Shown here: positions 28,749 through 39,028 of the stretch, piece by piece
Numbering within the stretch: position 1 is the stretch's first letter
How the letters are laid out: each line of letters begins with the position of its first letter
Assembly: GCA_017537025.1 (NCBI GenBank)
Contig: JAFWCB010000005.1
Coordinates: forward strand, 586,104-650,103
Direction: 5' to 3'
Length of the DNA: 64,000 nt
Origin: Sediminibacterium sp.
GTDB taxonomy: Bacteria; Bacteroidota; Bacteroidia; Chitinophagales; Chitinophagaceae
Notes under the pieces: generated by a model
The model's input: only the letters and a program-made list of their open reading frames with translations
The model's database searches: none
Told to the model about the DNA's origin: nothing
Position numbers and translations under genes: made by a program

Positions 28749-29744
28749 ATGAATATAGAAGCACTAAATAATATCATCAAAGAGCATCAAGTACCTATTG
28801 GTATAGTAGCGTCGTATACAAAATACCCGGGTGGCTTTTCTAATATTACGTATGCCATTAAAACAAATAACGGTAATTATGTATTAAGAACGCCCCCTCC
28901 CGGTGCAAATATTAAATCGGCTCACGATATGGGTCGGGAATACAAAGTGCTTCAACTCCTACTCCCCCATTTTTCAAAAATACCAATACCGATTTTTTAT
29001 TCAGAAGATATAAGCGTTACTGGCGCCCCTTTTTATATTATGCAAGCATTGGAAGGTATTATTCTACGCGCGCACTCTGCCCCGAAAATGAATATTACCG
29101 AAGAAACTTTTAGAAGTCTCTCCGAAAAAATGATTGATACATTAGTTGCACTACATGCTATTGATATCAAAAAAACGGAGTTGGTGCAGCTGGGCAAACC
29201 TGAAGGTTATGTAACAAGACAAGTAGAGGGATGGATCAAAAGATATTATGCTTCAGAAACAGATGAGATTGATAGTATGAACAAAACGGCAGAATGGCTA
29301 AAACAATATCGGCCTATTGATCAGCAGCCTAGTTTATTACACAATGATTTTAAATATGATAATGTAATTTTTGATACTGATTTACAAAACATAGTTGGTG
29401 TGCTCGATTGGGAAATGTGTACCGTTGGAGACCCATTAATGGATTTTGGTGCTATGTTAGCCTATTGGTTCGAAGCAGGCGAAGGTGATGTGTTTACCAA
29501 TTTTAATTTGACTTGGTTACCGGGCAATTATAAAAGACATGAATTGATTGAGGCATATGCAGCAAAAACAGGTCGTGATCTTTCTGATATTAATTTCTAC
29601 TATGTATTCGGTCTTTTTAAGAATGCAGTAATTGCCCAACAAATTTATCATAGATGGAAGCAAGGCCACAGTAGTGATCCGCGATTCGGGCAATTGATTC
29701 ATATGGTAAAGATGCTGGGGGAGAAAGCAGTGGATAGTGTGTAG
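28749..29744 (+). CDS. APH-family phosphotransferase (ACAD10/11 kinase-domain / LvaA-like)
   Basis: GFSNITY, LRTPPPG..SAHDMGREY, HNDFKYDN, VLDWE motifs. Confidence 0.9.
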   Translation: MNIEALNNIIKEHQVPIGIVASYTKYPGGFSNITYAIKTNNGNYVLRTPPPGANIKSAHDMGREYKVLQLLLPHFSKIPIPIFYSEDISVTGAPFYIMQALEGIILRAHSAPKMNITEETFRSLSEKMIDTLVALHAIDIKKTELVQLGKPEGYVTRQVEGWIKRYYASETDEIDSMNKTAEWLKQYRPIDQQPSLLHNDFKYDNVIFDTDLQNIVGVLDWEMCTVGDPLMDFGAMLAYWFEAGEGDVFTNFNLTWLPGNYKRHELIEAYAAKTGRDLSDINFYYVFGLFKNAVIAQQIYHRWKQGHSSDPRFGQLIHMVKMLGEKAVDSV

Positions 29745-29804
29745 TGGTTAGTGATCAGTGTGTAGTAAGATATATTGACTATGCACTACTCACTACTCAC
29801 TAAT
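29734..29804. repeat. Inverted arrays of degenerate 7-mers (nTAGTGn x5 / CACTACT-like x4) between convergent genes
   Basis: atagtgt gtagtgg ttagtga tcagtgt gtagtaa ... gactatg cactact cactact cactaat. Confidence 0.7.
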
Positions 29805-30585
29805 TATCCCTCCTTCTATACAAACCACCCTTCCAATTATAGCGGGTAGCTTTATATTGATCCAAACATTTGGTTATATAATAGCCTAACTCTAATTCAT
29901 TTACTTGCTGCAGAAATTCATAATTTGGTCGGTATCGGCGCATGAACGTATCTAATTCCGGCGATTGCAGTTTGGTGATCTTTTTTACAAACGGTTTTGT
30001 AAAGCGACTATTGATATATTTTTCATGTTCTTCCTCTAATAATCTCTTTTGCAGAGTTAGAATACTCCGATTATACTTAAATCTAAACATATCAATGATC
30101 GATCCCAAATCGAAGCCAACGGTTGCTCCGGGACTATATCCACTTGGGGTAACAGGCCTTAATGTAGGTTTCTTAAAATCAAAAATTTTAGCATAATCTT
30201 TTCTATTGATCATAGAATCGAATCGATAATAATTGTTTCGCACTTTTACTTCCGGTAAATCATACGCTCGTACATGAATCATCACATTAAAATTTTCCAT
30301 ATTACTTATCGTATCTATGGCGTATTTCATGGTAGATTTTCCAATCATCGAAAACCAGATGGAATCTGTTTTTAAAACAGTAAGCATATACCTACCCAAG
30401 GAGTCTGTAATTGTACCCCTACCCGATGTACTTTGAACTGCTACTGCCTCTAAGGGTCGCCTAGCCGAGATATCGTATACAGTTCCGCTGATAGTAATAA
30501 ACTGCCCTCTTGTTGATATAAAAAATACACAGTTCACTAGTAATACTAAAACCAAACGAACATGTATAATTTTTCTCAAAGGCAT
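29800..30585 (-). CDS. Secreted protein with carboxypeptidase-like regulatory domain (Bacteroidota)
   Basis: Signal peptide, ISGTVYD...TITDSLGRY...LPEVKV pattern. Confidence 0.7.
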   Translation of the reverse strand: MPLRKIIHVRLVLVLLVNCVFFISTRGQFITISGTVYDISARRPLEAVAVQSTSGRGTITDSLGRYMLTVLKTDSIWFSMIGKSTMKYAIDTISNMENFNVMIHVRAYDLPEVKVRNNYYRFDSMINRKDYAKIFDFKKPTLRPVTPSGYSPGATVGFDLGSIIDMFRFKYNRSILTLQKRLLEEEHEKYINSRFTKPFVKKITKLQSPELDTFMRRYRPNYEFLQQVNELELGYYITKCLDQYKATRYNWKGGLYRRRDN

Positions 30586-30676
30586 TTATTTAAGCTGTAA
30601 TATTAATTCAGCATGGCCATTGAACCATATTTTGAAAAGGGAATTAACAGTCTTTTGCCATTTATAACTACTGACA

Positions 30677-31765
30677 TTATACTGTTTCCCACCATTTAGC
30701 AGTTTGCTCAGGAGCTAAAAGGTTTAGCTTATCGCCGATCATGGGATAATAAGCTTCTACCCCCTCTTTTTCAGCAGCTGCAGATACCCTTTCTGCCGGA
30801 TCTTTCCATGCATGTAATGCCAAGCTAAACTTAGCCCAATGCACCGGAATCATTTTTTTTGCCTTCAGTTCCTTTGCTGCGGTAACAACTTCTTCTGGCA
30901 TCATATGAATATACTTCCAGTATGCGTGGTATTGTCCACATTCTAATATAGCCCAATCAAACTCCCCAAAATCTTCTCCAATTTGCTTAAAATGATCATT
31001 ATATCCGGAATCTCCACCTATGAAAATTTTCATACTAGGGGTTTGTAACACATAGCTCATCCACAATGATTGATTACGCTTAAATAATCTACCTGAAAAA
31101 TGCCTTGCAGGAACACTATTTATACTAAATCCATTCTCCTCCCACATCAATACATTCCAATCGGCTTCTACAATTTGCGAATTATCGTAACCCCATTTTT
31201 GTAAATGGGCACTAACACCCAATCCACAAAAAACCTTACGAACGGTAGGCTGTATCTTGGTAATTGTTTTATAGTCTAAATGATCCCAATGATCATGCGA
31301 GATAAATAAAAAATCGATAATAGGAATATCACTCACCTCATATACATCTGTTCCTGCAAAAGCTTTCACATTATAGGGAACAGGAGAAGCGGAGCCGCTA
31401 AGTACAGGATCAACTAAAATTTTCTTTCCGTCTACTTGCATGAAATAAGATGAATGTCCAAACCAAACAAATACTTGCTCATCTGCTCCTATATTAAAAA
31501 GATTAATTTTCTTAGTAGGCAATGCAATTGGCGGCACATTGTTTTTGTCTTTATTAAAGAAAAAATCTTTCATCACTTTAAAAAACCCTACCCCCTCTAC
31601 TAAATCAGGGGTATGATGAAGGTTTTGAAATTTACCTTCCCGATAATTTTGGGATGACTGAATACGAAGTAATAATTCTTTTTTGGGCAAGCTCCCGAAC
31701 ATATCACTATTCAACCACAGAACAATTAAACCTGCGATCACCAATAACCAGATCAATAACACCAT
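30677..31765 (-). CDS. Membrane-anchored MBL-fold metallo-hydrolase (NAPE-PLD/RomA-like)
   Basis: N-terminal TM; WFGHSS, VDPV, SHDHWDHLD, PARHFSGR, GDSGY, PVHW. Confidence 0.88.
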   Translation of the reverse strand: MVLLIWLLVIAGLIVLWLNSDMFGSLPKKELLLRIQSSQNYREGKFQNLHHTPDLVEGVGFFKVMKDFFFNKDKNNVPPIALPTKKINLFNIGADEQVFVWFGHSSYFMQVDGKKILVDPVLSGSASPVPYNVKAFAGTDVYEVSDIPIIDFLFISHDHWDHLDYKTITKIQPTVRKVFCGLGVSAHLQKWGYDNSQIVEADWNVLMWEENGFSINSVPARHFSGRLFKRNQSLWMSYVLQTPSMKIFIGGDSGYNDHFKQIGEDFGEFDWAILECGQYHAYWKYIHMMPEEVVTAAKELKAKKMIPVHWAKFSLALHAWKDPAERVSAAAEKEGVEAYYPMIGDKLNLLAPEQTAKWWETV

Positions 31766-31771
31766 GTTCGT

Positions 31772-32503
31772 TTAAAATTTTGTGTCGATGATATAAGGCA
31801 GCATCGTGCGCCATGTTGGCCAATCGTGATGAATATCGTTACCCCACACATCTAAATCATACCAAATACCTTTATTATAAAGCACTCCGGCAAATCTTTT
31901 CGATGCTTCCGGATCTTCGTAATTACCACTACCCGTATAAATGTGAATATGATGACTGGCCCTGATTTTTTCCAAATACCAATGATCACTCAAATTAGGC
32001 AAATAATGTTCCGGACTATTGTAATATACTTGTTCATCAAAGAAGCCTTTTGTGTATTCCATCAAATTGTATACACCACTCATGCTTATAGCTCCATTAA
32101 TAATATCCGGACGTTTTAGAAATAAATTCATGGCGTGTAATGCACCAAAGGAAGCACCACAGGTATAAATCATGGTTTCGTTACTGGTACTATTTCTGAT
32201 AAAAGGAACCACTTCATTAAAAACATATTCGTTGAATTGATTATGCCGAATAGCTTTATGCTCGGGAAGCATTTCATTATTCATCCAACTTTCCTTATTC
32301 ATACTATCAATACTGAATACCCGTAATTTACCCGCTTCAATATGTGGCGCTAAAGCATCAATTAATTGAAAACGCTCGTATTCTAAATAATCAGCTGCGG
32401 CTGTAGGTATCAGTAATAGGGCAAAACCATAATGACCATAAGATGCAACGGGCATATCTTTATTCAAAGCCGGACTAAACCAGGAAGTAATTTGTTTGTT
32501 CAT
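31772..32503 (-). CDS. Alpha/beta-hydrolase esterase family protein
   Basis: Nucleophile elbow GASFG; C-terminal HHDWPTWR. Confidence 0.85.
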   Translation of the reverse strand: MNKQITSWFSPALNKDMPVASYGHYGFALLLIPTAAADYLEYERFQLIDALAPHIEAGKLRVFSIDSMNKESWMNNEMLPEHKAIRHNQFNEYVFNEVVPFIRNSTSNETMIYTCGASFGALHAMNLFLKRPDIINGAISMSGVYNLMEYTKGFFDEQVYYNSPEHYLPNLSDHWYLEKIRASHHIHIYTGSGNYEDPEASKRFAGVLYNKGIWYDLDVWGNDIHHDWPTWRTMLPYIIDTKF

Positions 32504-32506
32504 ATG

Positions 32507-33250
32507 TTATTGTATACACGCTTTTTTAATTTCTTTCCAAAGATCCCTATAACATTGCGCTGCATAACTGCTAGGCGCAAATGTTTCGAGCGGCGCTTCA
32601 TGTACGCCCATTTTTTCAACATCACTTAAATAAGGAATATAATTTTTGAAGAATAATTTATGACTGTAAAAATCATTGATCACTTCGTGATGTAAATTTT
32701 TACGATGATCAACCATACTAAAGAAACATTTAAGCTTTGATATATCTCCATCATGCTCTTTAAAATATTGCACCACAGATTCATACGAGCGAATAGACAA
32801 AGTAGTGGGAATATTCGGCATCAAAATCCAATCGGCGCCGGCAAATACAGCATCGTGTAAAACGGAAATACCGGGAGGACAATCCAACACAACGATATCA
32901 TACTCTTTTTTCACAGTGCTTAGTATGGAAGCGATTTTTTTCTTCGATTGTTTCATTTCATTCAATAAAATATCTGCTTGTCGCGCACTCATGTCAGCAG
33001 CAATAACATCGAGGTTATCGTAAGAAGTAGCCTGAATAGCATCAGCTATATCGAGTTCATTACTCAATATTTTTTTGGCTTCATTTTTTGTTTGGGCTGT
33101 TGCACCAAAATAAAAAGAGGAAGACCCTTGAGGATCTAAGTCCCATAACAGGGTTTTATACCCCTCTTTAGCCGCTAAATAGGCAAAATTTACAGAGGCA
33201 GCTGTTTTACCAACACCTCCTTTGAGATTGTAGAATGCCAGTGTAACCAT
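32507..33250 (-). CDS. Orphan ParA/Soj-family ATPase
   Basis: Deviant Walker A KGGVGKT, DLDPQG, LDCPP; no parB in the window. Confidence 0.9.
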   Translation of the reverse strand: MVTLAFYNLKGGVGKTAASVNFAYLAAKEGYKTLLWDLDPQGSSSFYFGATAQTKNEAKKILSNELDIADAIQATSYDNLDVIAADMSARQADILLNEMKQSKKKIASILSTVKKEYDIVVLDCPPGISVLHDAVFAGADWILMPNIPTTLSIRSYESVVQYFKEHDGDISKLKCFFSMVDHRKNLHHEVINDFYSHKLFFKNYIPYLSDVEKMGVHEAPLETFAPSSYAAQCYRDLWKEIKKACIQ

Positions 33251-33284
33251 AATTCTTTTTTGGGTAAGAAGAAAGATAATAAAG

Positions 33285-34541
33285 TTATACCAAAGCGCCT
33301 AATATCATACATCCCCCTACAATGAATGGGGCGGGTATTTTATTCGATTGTAACAGTAAAAAAGTACCAATGATCACACCCATATCCCATAGGGGTAACC
33401 ACGATCCATTGGAAATTGGGAGCAACATATTATCCTTTAATAAATAAGCCGTTGCACCAGCCATAATACCTACTACTGCTGCATTGATGCCCTCTAAGCT
33501 TCTGTAAATAACCGCATATTTTTTAAGATTATGCCATACCGGAAAGAAGAATAAAACCAGTAATACACTAGGCAAAAAAATGGCGATTGCCCCAATTATA
33601 CAGCCTACTAATTGCCAGCCAAACCCGCTATCGCGTAAAACCATGCCGCCCGTAAAAGCGCCAATTGAAAAAACAGGGCCTGGTATAGCCCTCACCATTC
33701 CAGAACCGGTTAAAAATGCTTCTTTTTCTATCCGTAATACATCCCGCTTATTGGCTTGAATTTTTTTGGTTTCCGGACGAGTAACATATTGCTCATACAT
33801 CAATGGCATTAATACATCTCCTCCTCCAAAAACCAAACTTCCAAAACGGTAATTATTCTCAAACAGATTATAGGCTTTCCTATGCTTCCAATTATTTCTA
33901 GTTGCCGTTTCTGAGGTGTAACCCGCAACAGCAAAGAGCCCTAGAAAAATCAGGATATTCCCCCACTTAATTTTCTTGGGTGGCGTTCCTTTTTGTGGAA
34001 TGCGCTTATCACTAAAATTAGTAGCTATACCGGCTAATACAATCAGTGCCGGAAAAACCCATGGTGTTTTAAAGCCGATAAAAGTAGCGAGCGTAGCTAC
34101 GATCATAATAACTTGGGTAATTGTGTTATGTATGGAAATGCGAAAAGTTCTAGCTGTTGAATAGCCAATAAAACCAATGGCCATCGGAGCTATAAACCGA
34201 AACACTGCAATTTTTTTTTGAATATCGGCAAAATAGTCAAGCAGAAAAGATAATCCGGCCATTAAGCTACAAGCTGGTAAAATCCATATCAATAAAGTGA
34301 GTAATGCCAGTGGGATACCACCTCGCTTATAACCAATCAGGGTAAGGGTTTGGGTAGAAGAAGCACCGGGTAATAACTGACAAAAACCATTGTACTCTAC
34401 TAACTCCTCCTCGGTTACATCCTTCCGTTCTGCTACAAATGTTTTCATCATCATCCCCATATGTCCCTGCGGGCCACCAAATGCTGTAATACTATGTAGT
34501 AATACAGCACGCAGGAAAGAAGTATGACGTACGAAATTCAT
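33285..34541 (-). CDS. chrA: Chromate/oxyanion transporter (long-chain CHR family)
   Basis: Two homologous halves: AFGGP...QLLPGASS and VFGGG...IPGPVFS; start moved to ATG 34541. Confidence 0.9.
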   Translation of the reverse strand: MNFVRHTSFLRAVLLHSITAFGGPQGHMGMMMKTFVAERKDVTEEELVEYNGFCQLLPGASSTQTLTLIGYKRGGIPLALLTLLIWILPACSLMAGLSFLLDYFADIQKKIAVFRFIAPMAIGFIGYSTARTFRISIHNTITQVIMIVATLATFIGFKTPWVFPALIVLAGIATNFSDKRIPQKGTPPKKIKWGNILIFLGLFAVAGYTSETATRNNWKHRKAYNLFENNYRFGSLVFGGGDVLMPLMYEQYVTRPETKKIQANKRDVLRIEKEAFLTGSGMVRAIPGPVFSIGAFTGGMVLRDSGFGWQLVGCIIGAIAIFLPSVLLVLFFFPVWHNLKKYAVIYRSLEGINAAVVGIMAGATAYLLKDNMLLPISNGSWLPLWDMGVIIGTFLLLQSNKIPAPFIVGGCMILGALV

Positions 34542-34547
34542 GTTATT

Positions 34548-34613
34548 AATCTTCAATTATCAATCTTCAATAAAACAGATTGAATTCGCCGAGGCGAACC
34601 AGATTGAAGATTT
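34548..34613. repeat. Inverted 7-mer array (AATCTTC / GATTGAA) enclosing a TTCGCC-GA-GGCGAA hairpin
   Basis: AATCTTCAAT 34562-34571 is complementary to ATTGAAGATT 34603-34612; hairpin 34585-34598. Confidence 0.65.
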
Positions 34614-34621
34614 AATCTTAT

Positions 34622-35566
34622 TTATTTCTTCAATCCAATCTCCCTCAACCTTTCATCTAAATATTCTCCAGCAGTAGCATCAGGATAGGCTTTGGGATGA
34701 TCGGCATCGATACAACTTTCCAAACAAGCCAAACTCATTTCACTGCGCGGATGTAAGAAGAAAGGCATAGAGAACCTGCTCGTATGCCATAACTCACGCG
34801 GCGGATTTACTACGCGGTGCGTAGTGCTACGTAATTTATTATTGGTAAGACGTTGCAGCATATCGCCCACATTCACCACTATTTGCTCCGGTAAGGAAGT
34901 TACGTTCACCCAATCTCCTTGTTTAGTAAGAATTTGTAAACCATCAGCGGAAGCCCCTACTAATAAAGTGATAAGGTTGATGTCCTCATGTTGTTCTGCA
35001 CGTATAGCGCTTTTAGGTTCATGCGTAATAGGAGGATAATGAATACAACGCAGAATAGAGTTGCCGTTATGAACAAAGGCATCAAAATAATGCTCATCTA
35101 AATCCAGGTACAGCGCAATAGCTTGAAGCAAGGCTTTTCCGCTTTTTTCAAAATTGCGATAGGCATTAAATAGCGTATTATTGAAAGGCGCAATTTCACT
35201 TACCTGTACATTATCAGGATATTCCGATTTTATGGGGTCGTTATCCTCTACTGTTTGTCCGTATTGAAAAAACTCTTTTAAATCGGGTGCTTCGCTTCCT
35301 TTGGCATGTTCTCTGCCGAAACTGGTATATCCGCGCTGACCGGCTAATCCGGGTATTTCATAATGTAATTTCTTTTCGAGTGGCAGCGAAAAAAATTGCT
35401 GTACATGTTCATATTGCTGAGCAATCAATTCATCGGGAACGCCATGATTTTTCACGGCAACAAAACCTACTTCTTCATAAGCTTTACCTAGTGCTTGTAC
35501 GAAAGCAGCTTTTTTAGTGGCATCACCACTGGTAAAATCGGCTAAATCAACAACGGGAATGGCCAT
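34622..35566 (-). CDS. 2-oxoglutarate/Fe(II) dioxygenase, isopenicillin-N-synthase-like family
   Basis: IPVVDL N-terminus, HED facial-triad motif, STTHRV, RFS; start moved to 35566 because the longer start lies inside a terminator. Confidence 0.9.
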   Translation of the reverse strand: MAIPVVDLADFTSGDATKKAAFVQALGKAYEEVGFVAVKNHGVPDELIAQQYEHVQQFFSLPLEKKLHYEIPGLAGQRGYTSFGREHAKGSEAPDLKEFFQYGQTVEDNDPIKSEYPDNVQVSEIAPFNNTLFNAYRNFEKSGKALLQAIALYLDLDEHYFDAFVHNGNSILRCIHYPPITHEPKSAIRAEQHEDINLITLLVGASADGLQILTKQGDWVNVTSLPEQIVVNVGDMLQRLTNNKLRSTTHRVVNPPRELWHTSRFSMPFFLHPRSEMSLACLESCIDADHPKAYPDATAGEYLDERLREIGLKK

Positions 35567-35631
35567 AGCAATTGTTTTTGAGTGTTGAAAAGATACAAAA
35601 TTATCGTTTTCAACGGAAACCGCGCTATGAT

Positions 35632-35670
35632 TGAAAAAAGAAAGCATGATGCGCTCATTACATCATGCTT
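35632..35670 (-). terminator. Intrinsic terminator downstream of the small CTD-like gene
   Basis: 10-bp perfect stem AAGCATGATG (35642-35651) / CATCATGCTT (35661-35670), followed on - by a T-rich run. Confidence 0.7.
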
Positions 35671-35696
35671 CTACCTATTGGGAAAAGGGGGATTTA

Positions 35697-35951
35697 CTAT
35701 GGTTTGGTTACCCGTATAGATTGTACAAATCGGTTACCATGAAAGGCATTAACAACGTATTGTCCGCTTTGCCAATCGGCCACTTCTAAAGGCACTTGTT
35801 GATCTCCTTTTTGGATTGCGGTAATAATGGTATTGATAAACCGGCCCTCTGCATCTAGTATTTTAAGTACTAGTTTACCGGTTTCATTAGCAAGTACTGA
35901 AAGCAATCCGAATTGCTTAAAAGGATTGGGCTGAAGAAAGCGTATATGCAT
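35697..35951 (-). CDS. Small stand-alone protein resembling a T9SS type-A C-terminal sorting domain
   Basis: QPNPF...ILDAEGRFI...DWQSGQYVV...IRVTK pattern; in-frame TGA shortly upstream of the ATG, so not the tail of a longer ORF. Confidence 0.6.
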   Translation of the reverse strand: MHIRFLQPNPFKQFGLLSVLANETGKLVLKILDAEGRFINTIITAIQKGDQQVPLEVADWQSGQYVVNAFHGNRFVQSIRVTKP

Positions 35952-36036
35952 GGTTATTCATTTAGGCTATATACGTTTCAAATCTGGTGCCAGTTTTTGT
36001 TTATGAAGATAGAAGCTTGAAAATCAATGGGAAAGG

Positions 36037-36075
36037 CCCTTCGACAAGCTCAGGGTGACAGACGATAGACCGTAC
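36037..36075 (+). repeat. REP-like element CCCTTCGACAAGCTCAGGGTGACA with GACGATAGACCG tail
   Basis: Related copies at 28703, 36717 (inverted) and 50078. Confidence 0.7.
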
Positions 36076-36141
36076 TAAGAAGTTTTTATCGGGAAGAAAT
36101 TCCAAAAAAGGGAAGAGCGGTATATAATAAAGTAACTAAGC

Positions 36142-36627
36142 CTACTCCACCACCGCATACTTACTGATTCCATTAATCAACATTTCATCAAGCACATCAA
36201 CTATATTTTTATACGTAGCTCCACTGCCGGGCTTAATAAGCACTACCATATCTTTCGCAGATCCCCGAGCTTCCCGAATAGCTTGCAATTTATCTAGTAA
36301 TACCTTCCTTAACCCATCTTTTTCGTAGCTGGTTTCCTGCATCGAATTCGCTTGTATACCATGGTAATATTTAATGATATTATTGTCCTCCAGCAATAAA
36401 GAAATCGTTTTACTCTCCGGGGCAAGACTAGGATTTGTAGTATCCCTATCATCAGGCGTAATAAAACGCATAGCCGTAGGCCGGCTCATGGTAGTAGTGA
36501 AAATAAAAAAAGTGATCAATAAAAAACCCAGGTCAACCATCGGTGTAAGGTCTACCCTGGTAGATAATTTTTTTCCGCGAGTAACCCCTTTTTTGTTTCG
36601 TACTTCGCTTTGTTGCATCTCGGCCAT
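36142..36627 (-). CDS. exbD: Biopolymer transporter ExbD/TolR family
   Basis: RVDLTPMVDLGFLLITFF TM motif; YKNIVDVLDEM. Confidence 0.9.
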   Translation of the reverse strand: MAEMQQSEVRNKKGVTRGKKLSTRVDLTPMVDLGFLLITFFIFTTTMSRPTAMRFITPDDRDTTNPSLAPESKTISLLLEDNNIIKYYHGIQANSMQETSYEKDGLRKVLLDKLQAIREARGSAKDMVVLIKPGSGATYKNIVDVLDEMLINGISKYAVVE

Positions 36628-36685
36628 AAACTACTTTCCTAAAGGATGCAAAAAAACTATGAATCCATAATCTAGTATTAACTCC

Positions 36686-36716
36686 ACTTTCCAAAAGTTC
36701 AGAACTTTTGGAAAGT
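36686..36716. repeat. Perfect 14-bp inverted repeat downstream of recQ (possible terminator or REP-associated hairpin)
   Basis: ACTTTCCAAAAGTT-CAG-AACTTTTGGAAAGT. Confidence 0.75.
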
Positions 36717-36753
36717 CCACGGTCTACCGTCATCCCGAACAAAGTGAGGGATC
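36717..36753 (-). repeat. REP-like element, inverted relative to the 36037 copy
   Basis: - strand reads GATCCCTCACTTTGTTCGGGATGACGGTAGACCGTGG; GACGGTAGACC is identical to 50047-50057. Confidence 0.6.
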
Positions 36754-36754
36754 C

Positions 36755-39028
36755 CTAATTCCCAAACACACTCAAAAACTTGATCCGCATAATTTTTAAT
36801 TGCTCCCAAGTATAATTGTACTCAGCCAGTTCCTCTTGTGCTACTTGAAGAGAAGATGTTTCACAACTCTTAAAATATTCAATAATTTCTACTTGGTCTT
36901 CTTCGTCTAACCATTCATCTATGGCATAATCTAAATTGAGGCGCGTACCACTTGCCGCAATAGTTTCCATTTCTTCCAATAACTCGTCTAATTTCAATCC
37001 CTTATTCTTAGCAATAGTTTCTAATGAAATTTTCTTGTCTACATTTTGAATGATATAAATTTTATTACTGCCCGCATTCGCCACACTACGCATTACAAAA
37101 TCATCGGGCTTCTCAATATCATTTTCTTCTACATATTTGGCAATTAACTCCACAAAGGGTTTCCCATATTTCAACGCCTTTCCTTTACTCACACCCTGAC
37201 ATTTCTCCATTTCTTCTAAACTGGTAGGATACAGCGTGGCCATATCTTGTAGCGAATTCTCTAAGAAAATTACAAAGGGCGGTAAGCTTTTTTTCTTGGC
37301 TTCTTTTTGTCGCAACTCTTTCAACATACCAAACAAACGCTCATCGGCAGCTGCACCGGTTTGAGATGCATTTTCTCCTTCATCATCATCTGCATTGGCA
37401 TCTTCGAATAAGTTGTTCAATACAATTTTAAATGATGTAGGCTTCTTCAAAAACTGCTCACCCTTATCGGTGAATTTTAATAACCCATATTCTTCAATGT
37501 CTTTCGATATCAAATTCTCCAATAACATTTGTCGGATAAGGCTATTCCAAAAATGAGTTTCCTGATCTTTTCCGATTCCAAACTCTGCTAGGTTTTCGTG
37601 GCGGAACATGGTAATTTGTGGCGTGAGTTTTCCTAATAATACATTCACCACATAATCGGTTATAAAACGGCCATCCAATGCCTTAATAACTTTTAAGGCT
37701 TTTACCACACTATCTTTTGCTTCTACTTTCTCTTTCGGGTTTTTACAATTATCGCATAGTCCGCAATTCTTGGTTTCCCAATTTTCTCCAAAATAATGCA
37801 ATAGTATTTTTCTTCTACACACCGAACTCTCCGAGTACGCTACCATTTCATCTATCAATTGTGCGCCTACTTCTCTCTCACTCAAAGGTTTATCACGCAT
37901 TAAGTGTTCCAGTTTAGCCACATCTTTATGCGAATAATACAATACACAAATACCCTCTAATCCATCTCTACCTGCCCGGCCTGTTTCCTGATAATAGTTT
38001 TCAATAGATTTTGGAATATTGAAATGAATGACAAAACGAATATCGGGCTTATCTATACCCATCCCAAATGCAATGGTAGCAACAATCACCTGTACATCTT
38101 CATTCAAAAATTGATCCTGCCTATCGGCTCTTAATTTTTGATCTAAGCCGGCATGATAGGCTACCGCTTTAATATTATTTGCCACCAATAGCTCCGCCAA
38201 CTCTTCGGTGGTTTTACGATTGAGTGTATAAATAATACCGCTCTTGCCTTTATGCCCGCTAATAAATTTTACAATACTTTTTACCGTTTGATCTTTTTTG
38301 ATCTTTGGTTGAATCTCATAGAAAAGATTATTTCTATTAAAAGAAGAAATAAAAATTTCTGGCGAACGCAATCCTAAATTCTTAACGATATCACTTTGTA
38401 CCTTAGGGGTTGCCGTTGCCGTAAGTGCTATCACAGGTATATCCGGATTAATGATATCCATCATCTCCCGTAAGCGACGGTATTCCGGACGAAAATCATG
38501 ACCCCACTCCGATATACAATGCGCTTCATCTACCGCGAAAAAAGAAATTTTCAAATCGCTGAAATATTCTAAATTCTCTTGTTTGGTTAAGGTTTCAGGA
38601 GCTACATAGAGCAATTTTGTTTTACCGGCATTCAAATCGTCTTTCACCGCTTTAATTTGACCCTTATTGAGTGACGAATTTAAAAAATGGGCCACTTCAT
38701 CATTCTCACTATACCCCCTCACCAGATCAACCTGATTTTTCATTAAAGCAATAAGCGGAGAAACGATGATAGCACAGCCCGGCATCATCATGGCCGGAAG
38801 TTGATAACACAAACTTTTACCACCACCGGTAGGCATAATTACGAATGTGTCGTTGCCTGCCATTAAACTATGTATTGCCGCTTCCTGTGTTCCTTTGAAT
38901 TCTTTAAACCCAAAATAGGTAGATAATCCAGCGTAGATATCATATTCTTCTTCCGTATGCTGCCTCTTGATGACCGCTTTCTTAGCCGCTACTTTCTTTA
39001 CACTCGGTTTCTTTGTACTTGTTGCCAT
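36755..39028 (-). CDS. recQ: ATP-dependent DNA helicase RecQ
   Basis: [48 protein letters not shown] Cys cluster, HRDC; start moved to 39028. Confidence 0.97.
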   Translation of the reverse strand: MATSTKKPSVKKVAAKKAVIKRQHTEEEYDIYAGLSTYFGFKEFKGTQEAAIHSLMAGNDTFVIMPTGGGKSLCYQLPAMMMPGCAIIVSPLIALMKNQVDLVRGYSENDEVAHFLNSSLNKGQIKAVKDDLNAGKTKLLYVAPETLTKQENLEYFSDLKISFFAVDEAHCISEWGHDFRPEYRRLREMMDIINPDIPVIALTATATPKVQSDIVKNLGLRSPEIFISSFNRNNLFYEIQPKIKKDQTVKSIVKFISGHKGKSGIIYTLNRKTTEELAELLVANNIKAVAYHAGLDQKLRADRQDQFLNEDVQVIVATIAFGMGIDKPDIRFVIHFNIPKSIENYYQETGRAGRDGLEGICVLYYSHKDVAKLEHLMRDKPLSEREVGAQLIDEMVAYSESSVCRRKILLHYFGENWETKNCGLCDNCKNPKEKVEAKDSVVKALKVIKALDGRFITDYVVNVLLGKLTPQITMFRHENLAEFGIGKDQETHFWNSLIRQMLLENLISKDIEEYGLLKFTDKGEQFLKKPTSFKIVLNNLFEDANADDDEGENASQTGAAADERLFGMLKELRQKEAKKKSLPPFVIFLENSLQDMATLYPTSLEEMEKCQGVSKGKALKYGKPFVELIAKYVEENDIEKPDDFVMRSVANAGSNKIYIIQNVDKKISLETIAKNKGLKLDELLEEMETIAASGTRLNLDYAIDEWLDEEDQVEIIEYFKSCETSSLQVAQEELAEYNYTWEQLKIMRIKFLSVFGN

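Noticed and set aside
29734-29804. Short repeat arrays as CRISPR
   Set aside because: Units are 7 bp with no unique spacers, and no cas genes in the window
34622-35566. Isopenicillin N synthase / beta-lactam biosynthesis
   Set aside because: Only the generic 2OG-Fe(II) family motifs; no ACV synthetase or other cluster genes
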